DNA of 46,559 nucleotides from Bacteroidota bacterium (GTDB lineage: Bacteria > Bacteroidota > Ignavibacteria > Kapaibacteriales > UBA2268). Where the stretch lies: NCBI GenBank assembly GCA_017428585.1, contig JAFRQN010000154.1:1-46559 (forward strand), read 5' to 3'. Below the pieces are notes generated by a model. It did no database searches. It was not told where the DNA came from and worked only from the letters and a program-made list of their open reading frames with translations. Shown piece after piece: positions 8,701 through 18,326 of this stretch (position 1 is the first letter of the stretch; each line of letters starts with the position of its first letter). The position numbers and the translations under genes are program-made.

Positions 8701-11453
8701 ATTTCTTTTACTTTAGCTTCAGTTAAAGCGTCAAAGGATTTCATCAAGCTGTTTTTTTCTTCTGCTGTTGCTTCTTTTTGCCACCATTCGCTTTCAAATA
8801 GTTCCTGCATTTGTTCCTTAGCTTTAGAAAGTTCAGCTTCGCTTGTTGCTTCTTTAATAGAATTGCTTATGTTCATTGCAATCTTTTTAGGATTAGGAGT
8901 AAATACGTCATCTAACAAGCCGAAAGTCTGCCAACCTGCAATAAAGTTCAGAACGTCATTTTTCGTTTGTACAATCCATCCGCCCTCTGTTGCTTCACTT
9001 AGTTTGTCTTTTAATTTATCGATTTCTATATCAACATCGTTGGTTGCAAGTTCTATATCTAAATCAATTTTAGTTTGTTGTAATTCTTTAGCTTCAGTTT
9101 TAAGTTTGCTTAATCCTTCCACGTTTTCAGCTGATTTCTTTTTCAGAATCTCTAAAGATTCAGAATAAGAAAGAATACCGATTTGAGCTTCTGGGATTTC
9201 TTTATTTAATTGAGCTTGTACGTCTGCAAGTTCTTTTTCTTCGTTTTTAGTAAGACTTGTCTTTTTGCCTAACTCATCATATTTTTTAATTAAAGCATCT
9301 ATATTGTTTATAGTATTTTGTCTTTGCTTATTACCTTCGATTAATTCGTCATTGTTTTTCTTTAATTCAAGATTTATTTTCTTTTGTTCCTCTGCAGTTT
9401 TTTTTAATTGAGAAACAATAGCAGCTATTCCTGCACTTGCCATAGCTATTGCAGAAAATACAGCAATCATAGGATTAGCTTTAACAACATTCATTGCTAT
9501 ATTGAGAGCTTTTTGTACAGCGGTTGCGCTTTGTGCGGCTGTGTTGTATTTCATTAAAGATGGGATAAGCTGACCAGTAACAGCAGTAGCAATACCTGTT
9601 AATTGTTGTTTTGTATTACCAAAAAGAGTATTGATGCCGTTAAGAGTGTTTATATAAGGCAGCATTTCGCTAAGAATTTGAATAGAAGCAACACCAGTTT
9701 CACCTATCGGACCTGTAACATTTATAACACTTGTAAGGACGCTTTCCAAAGTAGTTTTTAATTGGTTTGCTCTGTTCTCTATTGTGTTGCTCATATCATT
9801 AAACGCATTTTCAGTTGTACCAGCTGCATTATTGAATTGATTGAGTGTTTCTGCCAATCCGTTAATATCTCCTGTAAGAGTATTAAAAGCAGAAGATGCT
9901 TCGGCGCTTCCGAATGCCTGCGTTGCAGATACACCTGCTTTATCAAAAGCATCTTGTAACATTTGCAATGCACCTATAAAATCTCCTCCTCTTATTCTGT
10001 CTCCTAACTCTTCAATAGTAACACCTGCACCTTCTAAAGCGTTTTTTAATTCAGCAGAAGGTTTTTGCATTTGGATTAACATTTGATTTAATCTTGTTGT
10101 AGCTTGAGCAGTCGGCACACCTTTAGCAGTCATTATAGCAAGGGAAGCTCCTATATCTTTAAGCGATGCACCGTATGCTGCGGCTGTTGGGATTACTTGA
10201 GACAAAGAACGTGATAATTCTGGAATTGTAGTTTTACCTAAATTTACGGTTTGGAATAGAATATCAGAATATTCGGTTGCTTTTTCAGCAGTTTCTCCAT
10301 ACGCATTTAATAGGGAAGATAATACATCGACCGTGTTATTAATAGATTCAGAACCTCCGACCGCCAATTTAGCCGATGCGTCCATAAACGCTTCCATTTT
10401 TTCAGTTGTAGCTTCTATTCCTGCAGATAAAGCATTATAAGATGCGGCTTGTATATCTGCTGCATTGATAGGGATTTTTTTAGACATTGCCAAAGCCATA
10501 CGTTCAAAGTTCTCGGCGTTTTCTTTAGCTGCACCGCCTAATGTTTTAATTTGAGCAGTTGCAGTATCTAAATTTACGAAAGGATCTGTAATAGATTTAA
10601 TAGAAGAAGTAAAAGTATTTAGACCTTGTGCAACAAATCCAAATTCGCTTAAAGCAGAAGAAAAATCTTTTGCTGGTTTTTCAAGATTTATATTTTTGTT
10701 TGCTTCCTCTAATTCTGTTAATTGGTTTTCAGTTTGTTTAATAGCATTAGATAAATCAATATATGCTTGCGTTCCAGTTTTACCAGAAGCCTGCATTTCG
10801 TTTAATGCTTTTCTTTGAGTATCTAATAATTTGCTTATATTTTTGAATGCTTTATCGTATTCTTCCGCTGCAGTCTTAGCGTCATTTCCTATTTTTACTC
10901 CATCTAAACTGTTGCTAAGATTTTGTAAATCTGTATTAAGGTTTTTAATTTCATTTTCTGGCAAGTAAGCCGCGAATTGTTTAAGACTTTCAATATCTAT
11001 ATTGCCAATATCTTTAAGGTTTTGAATAACAGATTTTAATTGTTGTTCAAATTGTTTAGTATCTATACCTAAATCAAGATTTTTAAGAGTATCTTCCAAT
11101 TTAGAAAAAGCACCAGTATCAACATTCAAAGACATTTTAATTTTGTTTATATTTTGTATCATTTCTAAAGTGCTTTGAAGTTGTGCTTCTAATTGTTTGT
11201 ATTCATCAGTACCTTCTTTCCCTGCGGTTTTCATTTCTTTAAGCTGGCTGATTTGAGCGTTAGCTAAATCATCGACTTGTTTTTTGAATTGACCGAATTC
11301 GTTTGACGCTTTTTTCAGACTGACGTTTGCTTCAATAGTAGGGTTCTGTTTATCTATTTCATTTTGAATTTGTTTAGATACATTATCAAGTGATTTTTTA
11401 TCTACAACAGGTTTTATATTTGCCTGTAATTGTACAGAAAATTTTTCGCTCAT
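5724..11453 (-). CDS. Tail tape measure protein
   Basis: 1909 aa. Long coiled-coil E/K/Q-rich stretches plus a hydrophobic core (AAAYGASLKDIGASLAIMTAKGV) typical of tape measure proteins. Confidence 0.85.
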   Translation of the reverse strand: MSEKFSVQLQANIKPVVDKKSLDNVSKQIQNEIDKQNPTIEANVSLKKASNEFGQFKKQVDDLANAQISQLKEMKTAGKEGTDEYKQLEAQLQSTLEMIQNINKIKMSLNVDTGAFSKLEDTLKNLDLGIDTKQFEQQLKSVIQNLKDIGNIDIESLKQFAAYLPENEIKNLNTDLQNLSNSLDGVKIGNDAKTAAEEYDKAFKNISKLLDTQRKALNEMQASGKTGTQAYIDLSNAIKQTENQLTELEEANKNINLEKPAKDFSSALSEFGFVAQGLNTFTSSIKSITDPFVNLDTATAQIKTLGGAAKENAENFERMALAMSKKIPINAADIQAASYNALSAGIEATTEKMEAFMDASAKLAVGGSESINNTVDVLSSLLNAYGETAEKATEYSDILFQTVNLGKTTIPELSRSLSQVIPTAAAYGASLKDIGASLAIMTAKGVPTAQATTRLNQMLIQMQKPSAELKNALEGAGVTIEELGDRIRGGDFIGALQMLQDAFDKAGVSATQAFGSAEASSAFNTLTGDINGLAETLNQFNNAAGTTENAFNDMSNTIENRANQLKTTLESVLTSVINVTGPIGETGVASIQILSEMLPYINTLNGINTLFGNTKQQLTGIATAVTGQLIPSLMKYNTAAQSATAVQKALNIAMNVVKANPMIAVFSAIAMASAGIAAIVSQLKKTAEEQKKINLELKKNNDELIEGNKQRQNTINNIDALIKKYDELGKKTSLTKNEEKELADVQAQLNKEIPEAQIGILSYSESLEILKKKSAENVEGLSKLKTEAKELQQTKIDLDIELATNDVDIEIDKLKDKLSEATEGGWIVQTKNDVLNFIAGWQTFGLLDDVFTPNPKKIAMNISNSIKEATSEAELSKAKEQMQELFESEWWQKEATAEEKNSLMKSFDALTEAKVKEIQAVEKAKVEVLSNAVKEAYDKNIKETAGGMITDEAARKIAEQTETTVEQVKEMYNEIKNEAVKANIGEQIENIVKSTEKLKDVQALKQLEDDFKNAKDAAEKARIAEKIQEWAPAAVKVVDTIVDENGKLVNSYEVSSEAVEEMSKALEESVSKELIDNQNNLLKTFEKQGETFAYNEKKLKDLQKQITTKSMRGEDVSQLRAEYDKLATSMSNQKDVMLSQLEQMEKEGTATDKIYNSIAKSIKQQPEELKKVIQAEVQRKQLLEQQLQLQEEVNKAVSYNKAKDTEEVTKAQQRLWDMTARYNQWVQNNSAKAAKSDPHAKQLLADVTAAKEALKQAKQNADWIDKTNQDVDAFNKTFDKSVKTTTASAKAKETEFEKNEKILNSLKNKYELEQEIFRINTDNLILSEKRERTDYDDYKCNQEQLKTLEKEKNDLIEYLKLKDDFMTTDNLNDLSIGIKLEKDELEKAQKLVVDFIKEYNNTLKNIQTYEAKVDLTELDLLEERLKDEMKTINLKFGIDDDSIRIATENVNSITDDMLSILTKRAEEIKAKLEEAVKAGTNQEYIINLTKELNEAKSKVNDIINNRLKATKDANEKEIELIKQKYETENELNKNSLDKQKEQATNFVNFLNQSLIATIHTKLEIDTENINDELQNELDQLDQQFGKKEKLTYKEELYNKKRLEIEKKYQEEKEKLQIQAAYREQSLNLQNQRRMAELEEQQRTEQLKKEEEYYKKSLELQLNLINTLQEQRNKTQDDSIKAMYDAQIASVTQNAEQMKLKIQEIEGTMGTMSQNIALSGEEIAKTFVSIFDSMIASGEQITSIKDGLRLILKTFSEFLIKEAEAALETYLFSSSLWEDIALKSGGIIAFVPALLAIAKASLKAIISPLITSITSSLLSFSSGGRIDSPTLALIGDGNRLGGDNKEWVFRDDQLRSLVEEVVDNQNNKISNSFKSLQNSISNINLTSTIKGSDIILSVKRTEFENSLRNY

Positions 11454-11485
11454 AAAATTTATATATTTTATTAAATAATTATAAT

Positions 11486-11493
11486 TATATTTG
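11486..11493 (+). promoter_or_regulatory. -7 promoter box
   Basis: TATATTTG, 40 nt upstream of the ATG at 11533. Confidence 0.45.
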
Positions 11494-11532
11494 TAAAAAT
11501 AACAATTAAAAACAATATAAATTTACTATAAA

Positions 11533-12039
11533 ATGGAAACATCTGACGTAAGTAAAGAATTTAAATCCTTTATAGATGGATTTAGCAAATATCTTGCTGG
11601 ATATTCAGGAGACTTGCCAAAACAATATGAGAACGCTATAATTGCCATAATTAAAACAGAGATTGCACAAAATATGGCTAATCACGGTCGCTATGATGGT
11701 TCTGGAACAAGTCTATTCAGCAGCGGCGATATTCAATGGAAAGAATTAAAAGAAAGCACAAAACGTTCATATAAAAGCAAGTGGGGTGATGAATACGACC
11801 CACAACCTACATTAGATAGGACTGGTGCATTGCGTCAAAGTATAGAAGTAGTATATAAAGATAATTTAACATTTGAATTGAGCGCCAATACACCTTATGC
11901 ACGTGTACATCAATATGGCAGTGAAGATGGCAAAATTCCTGCACGTCCTTATTTTGTATTATCTAAGAGTGCATTAAACAAAATCATAGATAATGTAATA
12001 GAAGGATTAGAGGAATATACTAAATCTGCATTAGTATAA
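11533..12039 (+). CDS. Virion morphogenesis protein (Mu gpG-like)
   Basis: The C-terminal HQYGSEDGKIPARPYF motif is typical of the Mu G family. Confidence 0.6.
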   Translation: METSDVSKEFKSFIDGFSKYLAGYSGDLPKQYENAIIAIIKTEIAQNMANHGRYDGSGTSLFSSGDIQWKELKESTKRSYKSKWGDEYDPQPTLDRTGALRQSIEVVYKDNLTFELSANTPYARVHQYGSEDGKIPARPYFVLSKSALNKIIDNVIEGLEEYTKSALV

Positions 12040-13368
12040 TTATTTATGCAGTCTGATAAGATAAGTGTTCCCAGTCTTTATATTGTCAAATACCTTAAAT
12101 TTGTTATTGTTTTTAATAATAATGTCGTTTTTGTTATTAGGAATATAATTTGTTCCCTCTTTGATATAAAATTCATAAAAGAAATTTATTCTCTTTTTGT
12201 CTTCTTTAGTTTTATAAGGATTAAATAAATTCTTGCTGTAGCTGTTGTGTCTTGACAAGCTAAGATTAGAAAAAATATCAAAAGTTATATATTCTCTTCC
12301 GTCAATAATATCTTTACATCTTTGAGGGAGTTCGTCCTCGTAATAACATTCGCCGTAATAATAAACGTTCTTATAGTTTGTTATATATATATTCTTTTCG
12401 AAAGCATCGTTTAGATTATCAACACTTTCTATATCTGTATTTCCGTAAGTAATTAGGGTGTTAATATCTTCAATATTATCTGCTAATTTTTTATTTGTGT
12501 TGTTTAGTTTATTATAGTTTCTTTTAATAGAAACATTTTCAATTTCATCTTTATCTTTAACGTTTTCAGTATAATCATATTTATCAAATTCGTTGTCTCT
12601 CTCTTTCAATTTCATTTTAATTTCTTGAGCGAGTTTCATATCATAAATAGAATAATCTGGAACGTATTTAGAAGTAATTTGTATAGGGTTTTCTTCATCA
12701 TTCACAGGTTTATAATTGCTTCCGCTGTCTACTTTAAGACCGTTTTGTTTAACAAGTTCTTCATCAAGTTCCACCACGTGGCACGCACAATTAAAAGCAG
12801 AAGGCGGATAAATGCTGTTCCATATAGGGTCGTCATATCTAAATACTTTATTGTGCCATTTTTCGTGGTCGTGTCTTTTAGTCTTTCTTTGAAATTGTTT
12901 ATACTGCCAATAAATATTTTTAGTTAATTCTGCAGTTGCCGATTGCTGTTCCCATCTACCTTGAGCATAAGCAACACCCATATTTGTATTGTATATAGTT
13001 GTAAGTCTATGCAAAGGGAGTGTTTCTTGTTTAGTTTTAGGGTCGTAAAGCCACCCTTTCTCTTCTAAATTGCTTCTGACATTATTTTTAAATTCTTTCA
13101 TAGGCAATCCTTCTTTTTTAGCTTTGATAAGGTTGTCAATCACGCATTGCAGTACGTTTGCATTAGTAACGTTGGCAATAGTAAAGCATCTTTTATGTTC
13201 AGCAGAAGTTAAATCACGCCATGAGCTTGTAATTACAATATGTTTTTGTCTTTGATTAAGATATTTAAGAGCTTCGTCCGGCGTTCTTCTCCACATATTG
13301 TTGTATATAGTATTTTTATTATTTTGCTTTTTTGTTTTAGCGAAAGAATTAAATAAATCTTTGTTCAT
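12040..13368 (-). CDS. MuF / SPP1 gp7-family head morphogenesis protein with a ~200-aa C-terminal extension
   Basis: N-terminal half carries a PPSAFNCACHV motif (MuF P..H.nCRC-like) and sits after the portal. C-terminal half is N/K/Y/D-rich with no recognisable match. Confidence 0.65.
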   Translation of the reverse strand: MNKDLFNSFAKTKKQNNKNTIYNNMWRRTPDEALKYLNQRQKHIVITSSWRDLTSAEHKRCFTIANVTNANVLQCVIDNLIKAKKEGLPMKEFKNNVRSNLEEKGWLYDPKTKQETLPLHRLTTIYNTNMGVAYAQGRWEQQSATAELTKNIYWQYKQFQRKTKRHDHEKWHNKVFRYDDPIWNSIYPPSAFNCACHVVELDEELVKQNGLKVDSGSNYKPVNDEENPIQITSKYVPDYSIYDMKLAQEIKMKLKERDNEFDKYDYTENVKDKDEIENVSIKRNYNKLNNTNKKLADNIEDINTLITYGNTDIESVDNLNDAFEKNIYITNYKNVYYYGECYYEDELPQRCKDIIDGREYITFDIFSNLSLSRHNSYSKNLFNPYKTKEDKKRINFFYEFYIKEGTNYIPNNKNDIIIKNNNKFKVFDNIKTGNTYLIRLHK

Positions 13369-13369
13369 A

Positions 13370-14866
13370 TTATAATCCTGCTTCTCCGATTAGTTGCTGG
13401 TAAATAATAACTTTTTCCATAAACTTAGTAAGGTTTTCAGTTGGCATATTTGGGAAGCTCTGGATTAATAAATCCTGTAATTCATCATAATCTGACCCTT
13501 CGTAGTTATCAATCACTTCTTTAATAGTTTTATAAGCACCGTTATTAACATAAGTTTCTAATTCTTTTACTTGTTCTGTAATATCGTTTCCGTTATCGTC
13601 TTTTATTTTAAGTTCTTTATTTTCTTCTTCTTCTTTTAATTCAATAACATCATTGTTATTTTCATTTTTATTAAACATACCGTAGTCTTGTTGGTCTTGG
13701 ATTTCAAAAACGGTTTCGCTTATATTGTAAGTAGAAGCAATATATTTTTTATCAAATCTAATACCTAATTGATAAAGTTTAAGGTCTCTTTCAATTAAAT
13801 CGTTATCGATTTTATAAGGAGCGTATAATTCGAAATAAGGTCTTCTTGATAATTCTTCTGGGTAGTTGTACAAAGTAATATAATAAATCAATCTGTCAAA
13901 CATAGGCATAATCATTTTGCAGTCGCTTTGGATTACGTCTTCACGAATTGCGAAATGTGTTTTGCTCATTGCGTATGAACCTACATTTGAAGTGTTTTCA
14001 GTTGTACCAGTTTGAGACAATACAGCTTTAGAAATTTCGTTATTATGGAAATTAATAAAGGAAGTAAATAGTTCTGGATTAGCAGATATATTATTTAACG
14101 TATTTATTTGTGTATCTGGTCCAACAGCAACAGCTATATTTTTATTATAGTATTGATCAAGAGTATAATTTACTAATGCGTCAGTTTCTGCTTGGTTGGC
14201 AGTTTCGTTTACGTGTATATAAATAAAGTTATCGGAGTTTTTATCTGTTGCTTTAGACCATAATTTAATAGTTTGTTTTTTGAAAAATACAGACCAGTAG
14301 CAAAGAGAAAGAATAGCCAAGCCGTATGGGTTGTCAGGAGTTGGGTCGTGTTGTACAACAAGGAATTTATCCTCTTTTACAGGAATAGGGTCAGTTGTAT
14401 TTTTAATCCAAAGACATTGACCAGCTTGATTGAATTGAAAATACTCGTTAGGTCTTTGAATAATTTTAGTTGGAATAATTTTGCCATTCTCGATTTTCCA
14501 TATTATTTCAAAAACAGAGTAACCATAAAGCACAGCGTCCATCATTTGTTTTATAAGAGTATCTATATTTAATTTTTCAAATACAGCGTCCATAAAAGCA
14601 ATATACTCTTGAGAATTTTCAATAGTAAATTGATTATAGTTCAATTTCCATAACATAGAAGAGACGCCTGATATTCTACTCTGCACGCATGAGAATACGT
14701 GCGGGTCTGTTAATAATTCTTTATATATAACAGGATTAGCTCCTAATTTTCGTAAAATTAAATCTGGGTTAGGTAAAGTAACGTAAAAATCATTAAATTG
14801 TGTTAAATTAGTTTTATATAAGTTAGCTGCAATACCTAACAATCTTTTTCTTTCTGATGCATCCAT
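13370..14866 (-). CDS. Portal protein (DUF935 / Mu gp29-like)
   Basis: 498 aa, positioned between the large terminase and MuF as in Mu-like head modules. Confidence 0.65.
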   Translation of the reverse strand: MDASERKRLLGIAANLYKTNLTQFNDFYVTLPNPDLILRKLGANPVIYKELLTDPHVFSCVQSRISGVSSMLWKLNYNQFTIENSQEYIAFMDAVFEKLNIDTLIKQMMDAVLYGYSVFEIIWKIENGKIIPTKIIQRPNEYFQFNQAGQCLWIKNTTDPIPVKEDKFLVVQHDPTPDNPYGLAILSLCYWSVFFKKQTIKLWSKATDKNSDNFIYIHVNETANQAETDALVNYTLDQYYNKNIAVAVGPDTQINTLNNISANPELFTSFINFHNNEISKAVLSQTGTTENTSNVGSYAMSKTHFAIREDVIQSDCKMIMPMFDRLIYYITLYNYPEELSRRPYFELYAPYKIDNDLIERDLKLYQLGIRFDKKYIASTYNISETVFEIQDQQDYGMFNKNENNNDVIELKEEEENKELKIKDDNGNDITEQVKELETYVNNGAYKTIKEVIDNYEGSDYDELQDLLIQSFPNMPTENLTKFMEKVIIYQQLIGEAGL

Positions 14867-14868
14867 AA

Positions 14869-16290
14869 TTAAAATTTGTTTAGTAAGTAATATCTATTAT
14901 CAATAGCTTTAATATCTACTTGATATTTATTATTAGAAAAATAGTAAAATTTTTTTTGCAAATAATCTAATCCAAGAGTAAGAGCATCGACTTGGTCATC
15001 GTGTTCGCCGTTTGGGAAGTCTGCCAATTCTCCTGTAAATTCCATTAAATAATTTGCATTTTGATTAAGATATACATTTCCACCCTCAATAAGGGACATA
15101 ACTTTTTGTGCGCGTGTTACTTTATCCATAGGTCTTAGTTCTTCAATTCTCATACCGAATTCACCTTTTAATTCTTGTATAAGGGATTTACCACTTGCTG
15201 CACCCTCGATACAAATTTTATCAGGCTTCCATTTGTTTATAAGTTCACGTCCTTTGTTTCTTAACTGCACGAAATCAATTTGTCCACGATACACATCTAA
15301 AATATATATATCTTCATCTTTCTTTCCAAAAGTTACGCAGGCAGAATAATCGCTTGTTTTTTTAGTTTCAAAAGCAGTGTCCCACGTTTGGAGTACGTAA
15401 TCAAATTCTGCTCTGCTCATATAGCTTGGGTCATACCATTGCCAATAATCTGATTTGAATATTGACGCTTGGTCGTTAATAGGTTCTTGTTGATATAAAG
15501 CAGAAAACCAATAATTTCCTTCAAGTTTTCTAATAGAATGTATTTGATTTTCGCTTATAAGGTCTGGACATAAAACTTCGCCTTCTTGTCTTCCTAATTT
15601 ATCGTTTCTGCCTGCGATTGCTGGAATATTAATCATTTTCACGCCATTAAATGCGTCTTTATTGTCTATTATTCTGCCTGTAAGGTCGTTTTTATGCCAT
15701 CGTGTCGCCATGACAATCAATTTAGCTTTTCCCTGCAATCTTGAGTAAAGAGTAGTAGTAAACCATTCCCATATACCGTCTCTTGTACGTCTGCTCATTG
15801 CTTCCTTATTGTTTTTTACAGGGTCATCAATAATAATAAGGTCTCCGCCTTTACCAGTCAATGCGCCGTTAATACCAGTACCAATTACTCCGCCGTTATA
15901 ATAAGTATAAAATTCTTTTTGTGTATTTTTTCTTAAAGACACTCCTAATTTATTGAGGGTGTCTCTTACTCTTGACGTAAACGTTTCTGTTAATTGTACG
16001 CCGTAGCTTGTAAGAATTACTTTAAGATATGGATTATTATATATAAGCCAAACTAAAAGCCAATAACTTACATATTCGCTTTTTCCGTGTCGTGGTGGAA
16101 TAGATAATAATAAAACTTGTAAATCACTATTAAATAAGAAGTTAAGCACTTCTTTTTCGATATATCTAAGATGTTTAAAAGGAAGATAAGAATGACCGCT
16201 TATAATAAAGCCTAAACCTAAAGGAGTATTTAATACTAATTTTTCTTTTTTCTTACTTACTTCTAAAATATCATTAGTTAAATTTTTCAT
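14869..16290 (-). CDS. terL: Terminase large subunit
   Basis: Walker A-like PPRHGKSE, Walker B LIIIDDP, and C-terminal nuclease motif FPNGEHDDQVDAL. Confidence 0.85.
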   Translation of the reverse strand: MKNLTNDILEVSKKKEKLVLNTPLGLGFIISGHSYLPFKHLRYIEKEVLNFLFNSDLQVLLLSIPPRHGKSEYVSYWLLVWLIYNNPYLKVILTSYGVQLTETFTSRVRDTLNKLGVSLRKNTQKEFYTYYNGGVIGTGINGALTGKGGDLIIIDDPVKNNKEAMSRRTRDGIWEWFTTTLYSRLQGKAKLIVMATRWHKNDLTGRIIDNKDAFNGVKMINIPAIAGRNDKLGRQEGEVLCPDLISENQIHSIRKLEGNYWFSALYQQEPINDQASIFKSDYWQWYDPSYMSRAEFDYVLQTWDTAFETKKTSDYSACVTFGKKDEDIYILDVYRGQIDFVQLRNKGRELINKWKPDKICIEGAASGKSLIQELKGEFGMRIEELRPMDKVTRAQKVMSLIEGGNVYLNQNANYLMEFTGELADFPNGEHDDQVDALTLGLDYLQKKFYYFSNNKYQVDIKAIDNRYYLLNKF

Positions 16291-16906
16291 TCTCGTCTTG
16301 AATAAGATTGAATTGTATCTTATCTTTATTTAATAGTTCTATATTATTACCATTCTCTTTATTTTCTTTAGCTTTTTCGTAGCTATATTCAAGGAAATCG
16401 TGAGTTCCTTTCAAGTCAATAGTTATATTATTAATTATATTGTCTTTATTTTCTGTTTCTGTATTGTCTTCTATATCCAAACCGTTTAATTGTCTTAGCT
16501 GTTTTACGCAGTCCATAAGCAATTGGTTATTGTTAGTTTCCATACTTTCAGTAATTTTATTAGTAAGAATATTATAAATTTCAGCTCTAAGCATAGTTTT
16601 ATCTTTTTTTACAAGATTAGATAAAATAAAAGTTTTAGCTGCTTTATAAAGTCTTTCAAATTCACGTTCGACCGTATCGCCTTTTTTATATTGGAATAAA
16701 GTAAGTTTTTGTTTTTCTTTATCTTTTAAGCTGTTCAGGAAGAACGGATAAATTACACCAGTTTTATAACATTTTTTCATAATTTCTGGTTTCGTATAGT
16801 AAGCAAGGTGCAGAGCCGCTATAATTTCAATTTTTTTAGCGTCATCGCATACGAAATCAACGGAATTAGTTTTTCTTTTAGTTTCTTTTCTTTTTAACAC
16901 ACTCAT
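16274..16906 (-). CDS. Putative terminase small subunit
   Basis: 210-aa ORF overlapping the terL start by 17 nt. Called from position only. Confidence 0.4.
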   Translation of the reverse strand: MSVLKRKETKRKTNSVDFVCDDAKKIEIIAALHLAYYTKPEIMKKCYKTGVIYPFFLNSLKDKEKQKLTLFQYKKGDTVEREFERLYKAAKTFILSNLVKKDKTMLRAEIYNILTNKITESMETNNNQLLMDCVKQLRQLNGLDIEDNTETENKDNIINNITIDLKGTHDFLEYSYEKAKENKENGNNIELLNKDKIQFNLIQDENEKFN

Positions 16907-17079
16907 TTTTAGAAATTTTATAAAAATTATTACAAAATTTTACAAATTTTTTATAAAAATAAACTTTTTTTGTAAAAAAAACAAAATATTTTGTAAAAAA
17001 TTTTGATTGTATTGTTAAATATTTATATTTTTACAAAAAAGATACAAAAAATTTATTAACTAATAATAAATAAAGCAAA
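16907..17079. promoter_or_regulatory. Divergent intergenic control region between the packaging and head operons
   Basis: Pure A/T region with repeated TTTGTAAAA / TTTTACAAA elements in both orientations. Confidence 0.4.
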
Positions 17080-18324
17080 ATGAGAAGTTTACAAGGAGTA
17101 GAAATTTTTAAAGCAGGCACATTTACAGATGCCAATGGTCAAGAGGTATCTATAGACGCTGCAGGTTTAGAAAAAATAGCAAAAGAGTACAACGAAAAGA
17201 TAAAAGAGGACGGCAACCTTGATGTTCCAGTAATAAAGGGACATGATACAAGTTCAGATAATCCTGCTGAGGGTTGGGTTAAGAAGTTGTATGTAGAAGA
17301 TGACAAGTTGTACGCTGATTTTGATATAAATGACGACATGGCGGAGCAGATAAAAGAAGAGAAATACAAGAAAGTAAGTATTTGTATTGAGCAAAGTGAT
17401 GACGGTTTCATATTAAAGCATATTGGATTGCTTGGAGCCGCTGCGCCTGCTGTTGCTGGAATGCAGTCAATATCATTAAATGAGCAACAGAACAAACAAC
17501 AATTTATATTTACAAGTTCAATAAGTCAAGAGACATTAGATTTATTAAATTCTTTGCAAGAGATAGAAAAAGAAACAAGAGTTTCAGAAGAAGAATTTGA
17601 AAAGATATGTAATAAAGACTCAGTAAATTACAGTATTAAAAATCTTATAAATTTTTTAACAAAGGAGTTCACTATGGACAATGAAAACGTAAAATCTTTC
17701 TTTGATGGATTAATTGAAGCGTTAAATACATTAGAAATAGGATTAACAGAAGAACAAAAGAGTTCTATTCAAGGCATAGTTAATACATATTTCAATGACC
17801 ATGCTTCAGAATTAATAGTTGAAGTAGAAGTAAAAGAAGACAAGGAAAAAGAAGCAGAAGCTTCAGAACTACAACAACAAAACAATTCATTTGCAAAACA
17901 ATTACAAGAGCAGGTTGAATTATACAAAGCAAAAGTTGCTGATGTAGAAAAGAAATTAAGATTTAGCGAATATCAAAAGCAAGCAGAACAATTAGTTCAG
18001 AGTGGCAAGATAAGACCTAATTCAGAGAAACAATTTATTAATATGCAGGAATTAGCATATCAAAACAACATTACAAAAGAATTCAATGAGTTCTTAAACA
18101 ATTCAACATTTACAAGAGATTTGTTAGTTGACAATTCACAAGAATTTACACAAGAACAACAATCACAAGCAACAAAACAAAGACAAGAATTAGATTTTTC
18201 TGCTTGGGCAGAATTAAATCCACAAAGTTATTTAGTATATAACGAAGTAGAAGATTATGCAAAGAAGCATAATATATCATTTATTCAAGCATACGATGAA
18301 AAACAAAAGAAAGGAGAAATATAG
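17080..18324 (+). CDS. Prohead protease / scaffold protein (Mu gpI-like)
   Basis: N-terminus VEIFKAGTFTDANGQEV resembles the Mu I-type protease. C-terminal half is coiled-coil Q/E-rich, like a scaffold. Lies immediately upstream of the capsid gene. Confidence 0.5.
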   Translation: MRSLQGVEIFKAGTFTDANGQEVSIDAAGLEKIAKEYNEKIKEDGNLDVPVIKGHDTSSDNPAEGWVKKLYVEDDKLYADFDINDDMAEQIKEEKYKKVSICIEQSDDGFILKHIGLLGAAAPAVAGMQSISLNEQQNKQQFIFTSSISQETLDLLNSLQEIEKETRVSEEEFEKICNKDSVNYSIKNLINFLTKEFTMDNENVKSFFDGLIEALNTLEIGLTEEQKSSIQGIVNTYFNDHASELIVEVEVKEDKEKEAEASELQQQNNSFAKQLQEQVELYKAKVADVEKKLRFSEYQKQAEQLVQSGKIRPNSEKQFINMQELAYQNNITKEFNEFLNNSTFTRDLLVDNSQEFTQEQQSQATKQRQELDFSAWAELNPQSYLVYNEVEDYAKKHNISFIQAYDEKQKKGEI

Positions 18325-18326
18325 AT

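Noticed and set aside
5923-10086. Plus- and minus-strand ORFs nested inside the tape measure gene (for example 5923-6150, 8305-8700, 8863-9168, 9762-9959, 9791-9973, 9841-10086)
   Set aside because: These are antisense or off-frame shadows of a long biased coding sequence, with S/F/L/C-rich low-complexity products. The same applies to other antisense track ORFs, such as 2489-2725, 4826-5059, 12046-13255, 14273-14572, 17139-17495, 19292-19792, 20857-21457, 34029-34229, 41554-42394 and 45184-45369.
12040-12700. ADP-ribosyltransferase call for the MuF C-terminal domain
   Set aside because: The pattern …FSNLSLS… and …YEFYIKEGTNYIP… vaguely recalls the STS and ExE regions. However, there is no Arg motif and only one Glu in the right place, so the call is too weak to make.
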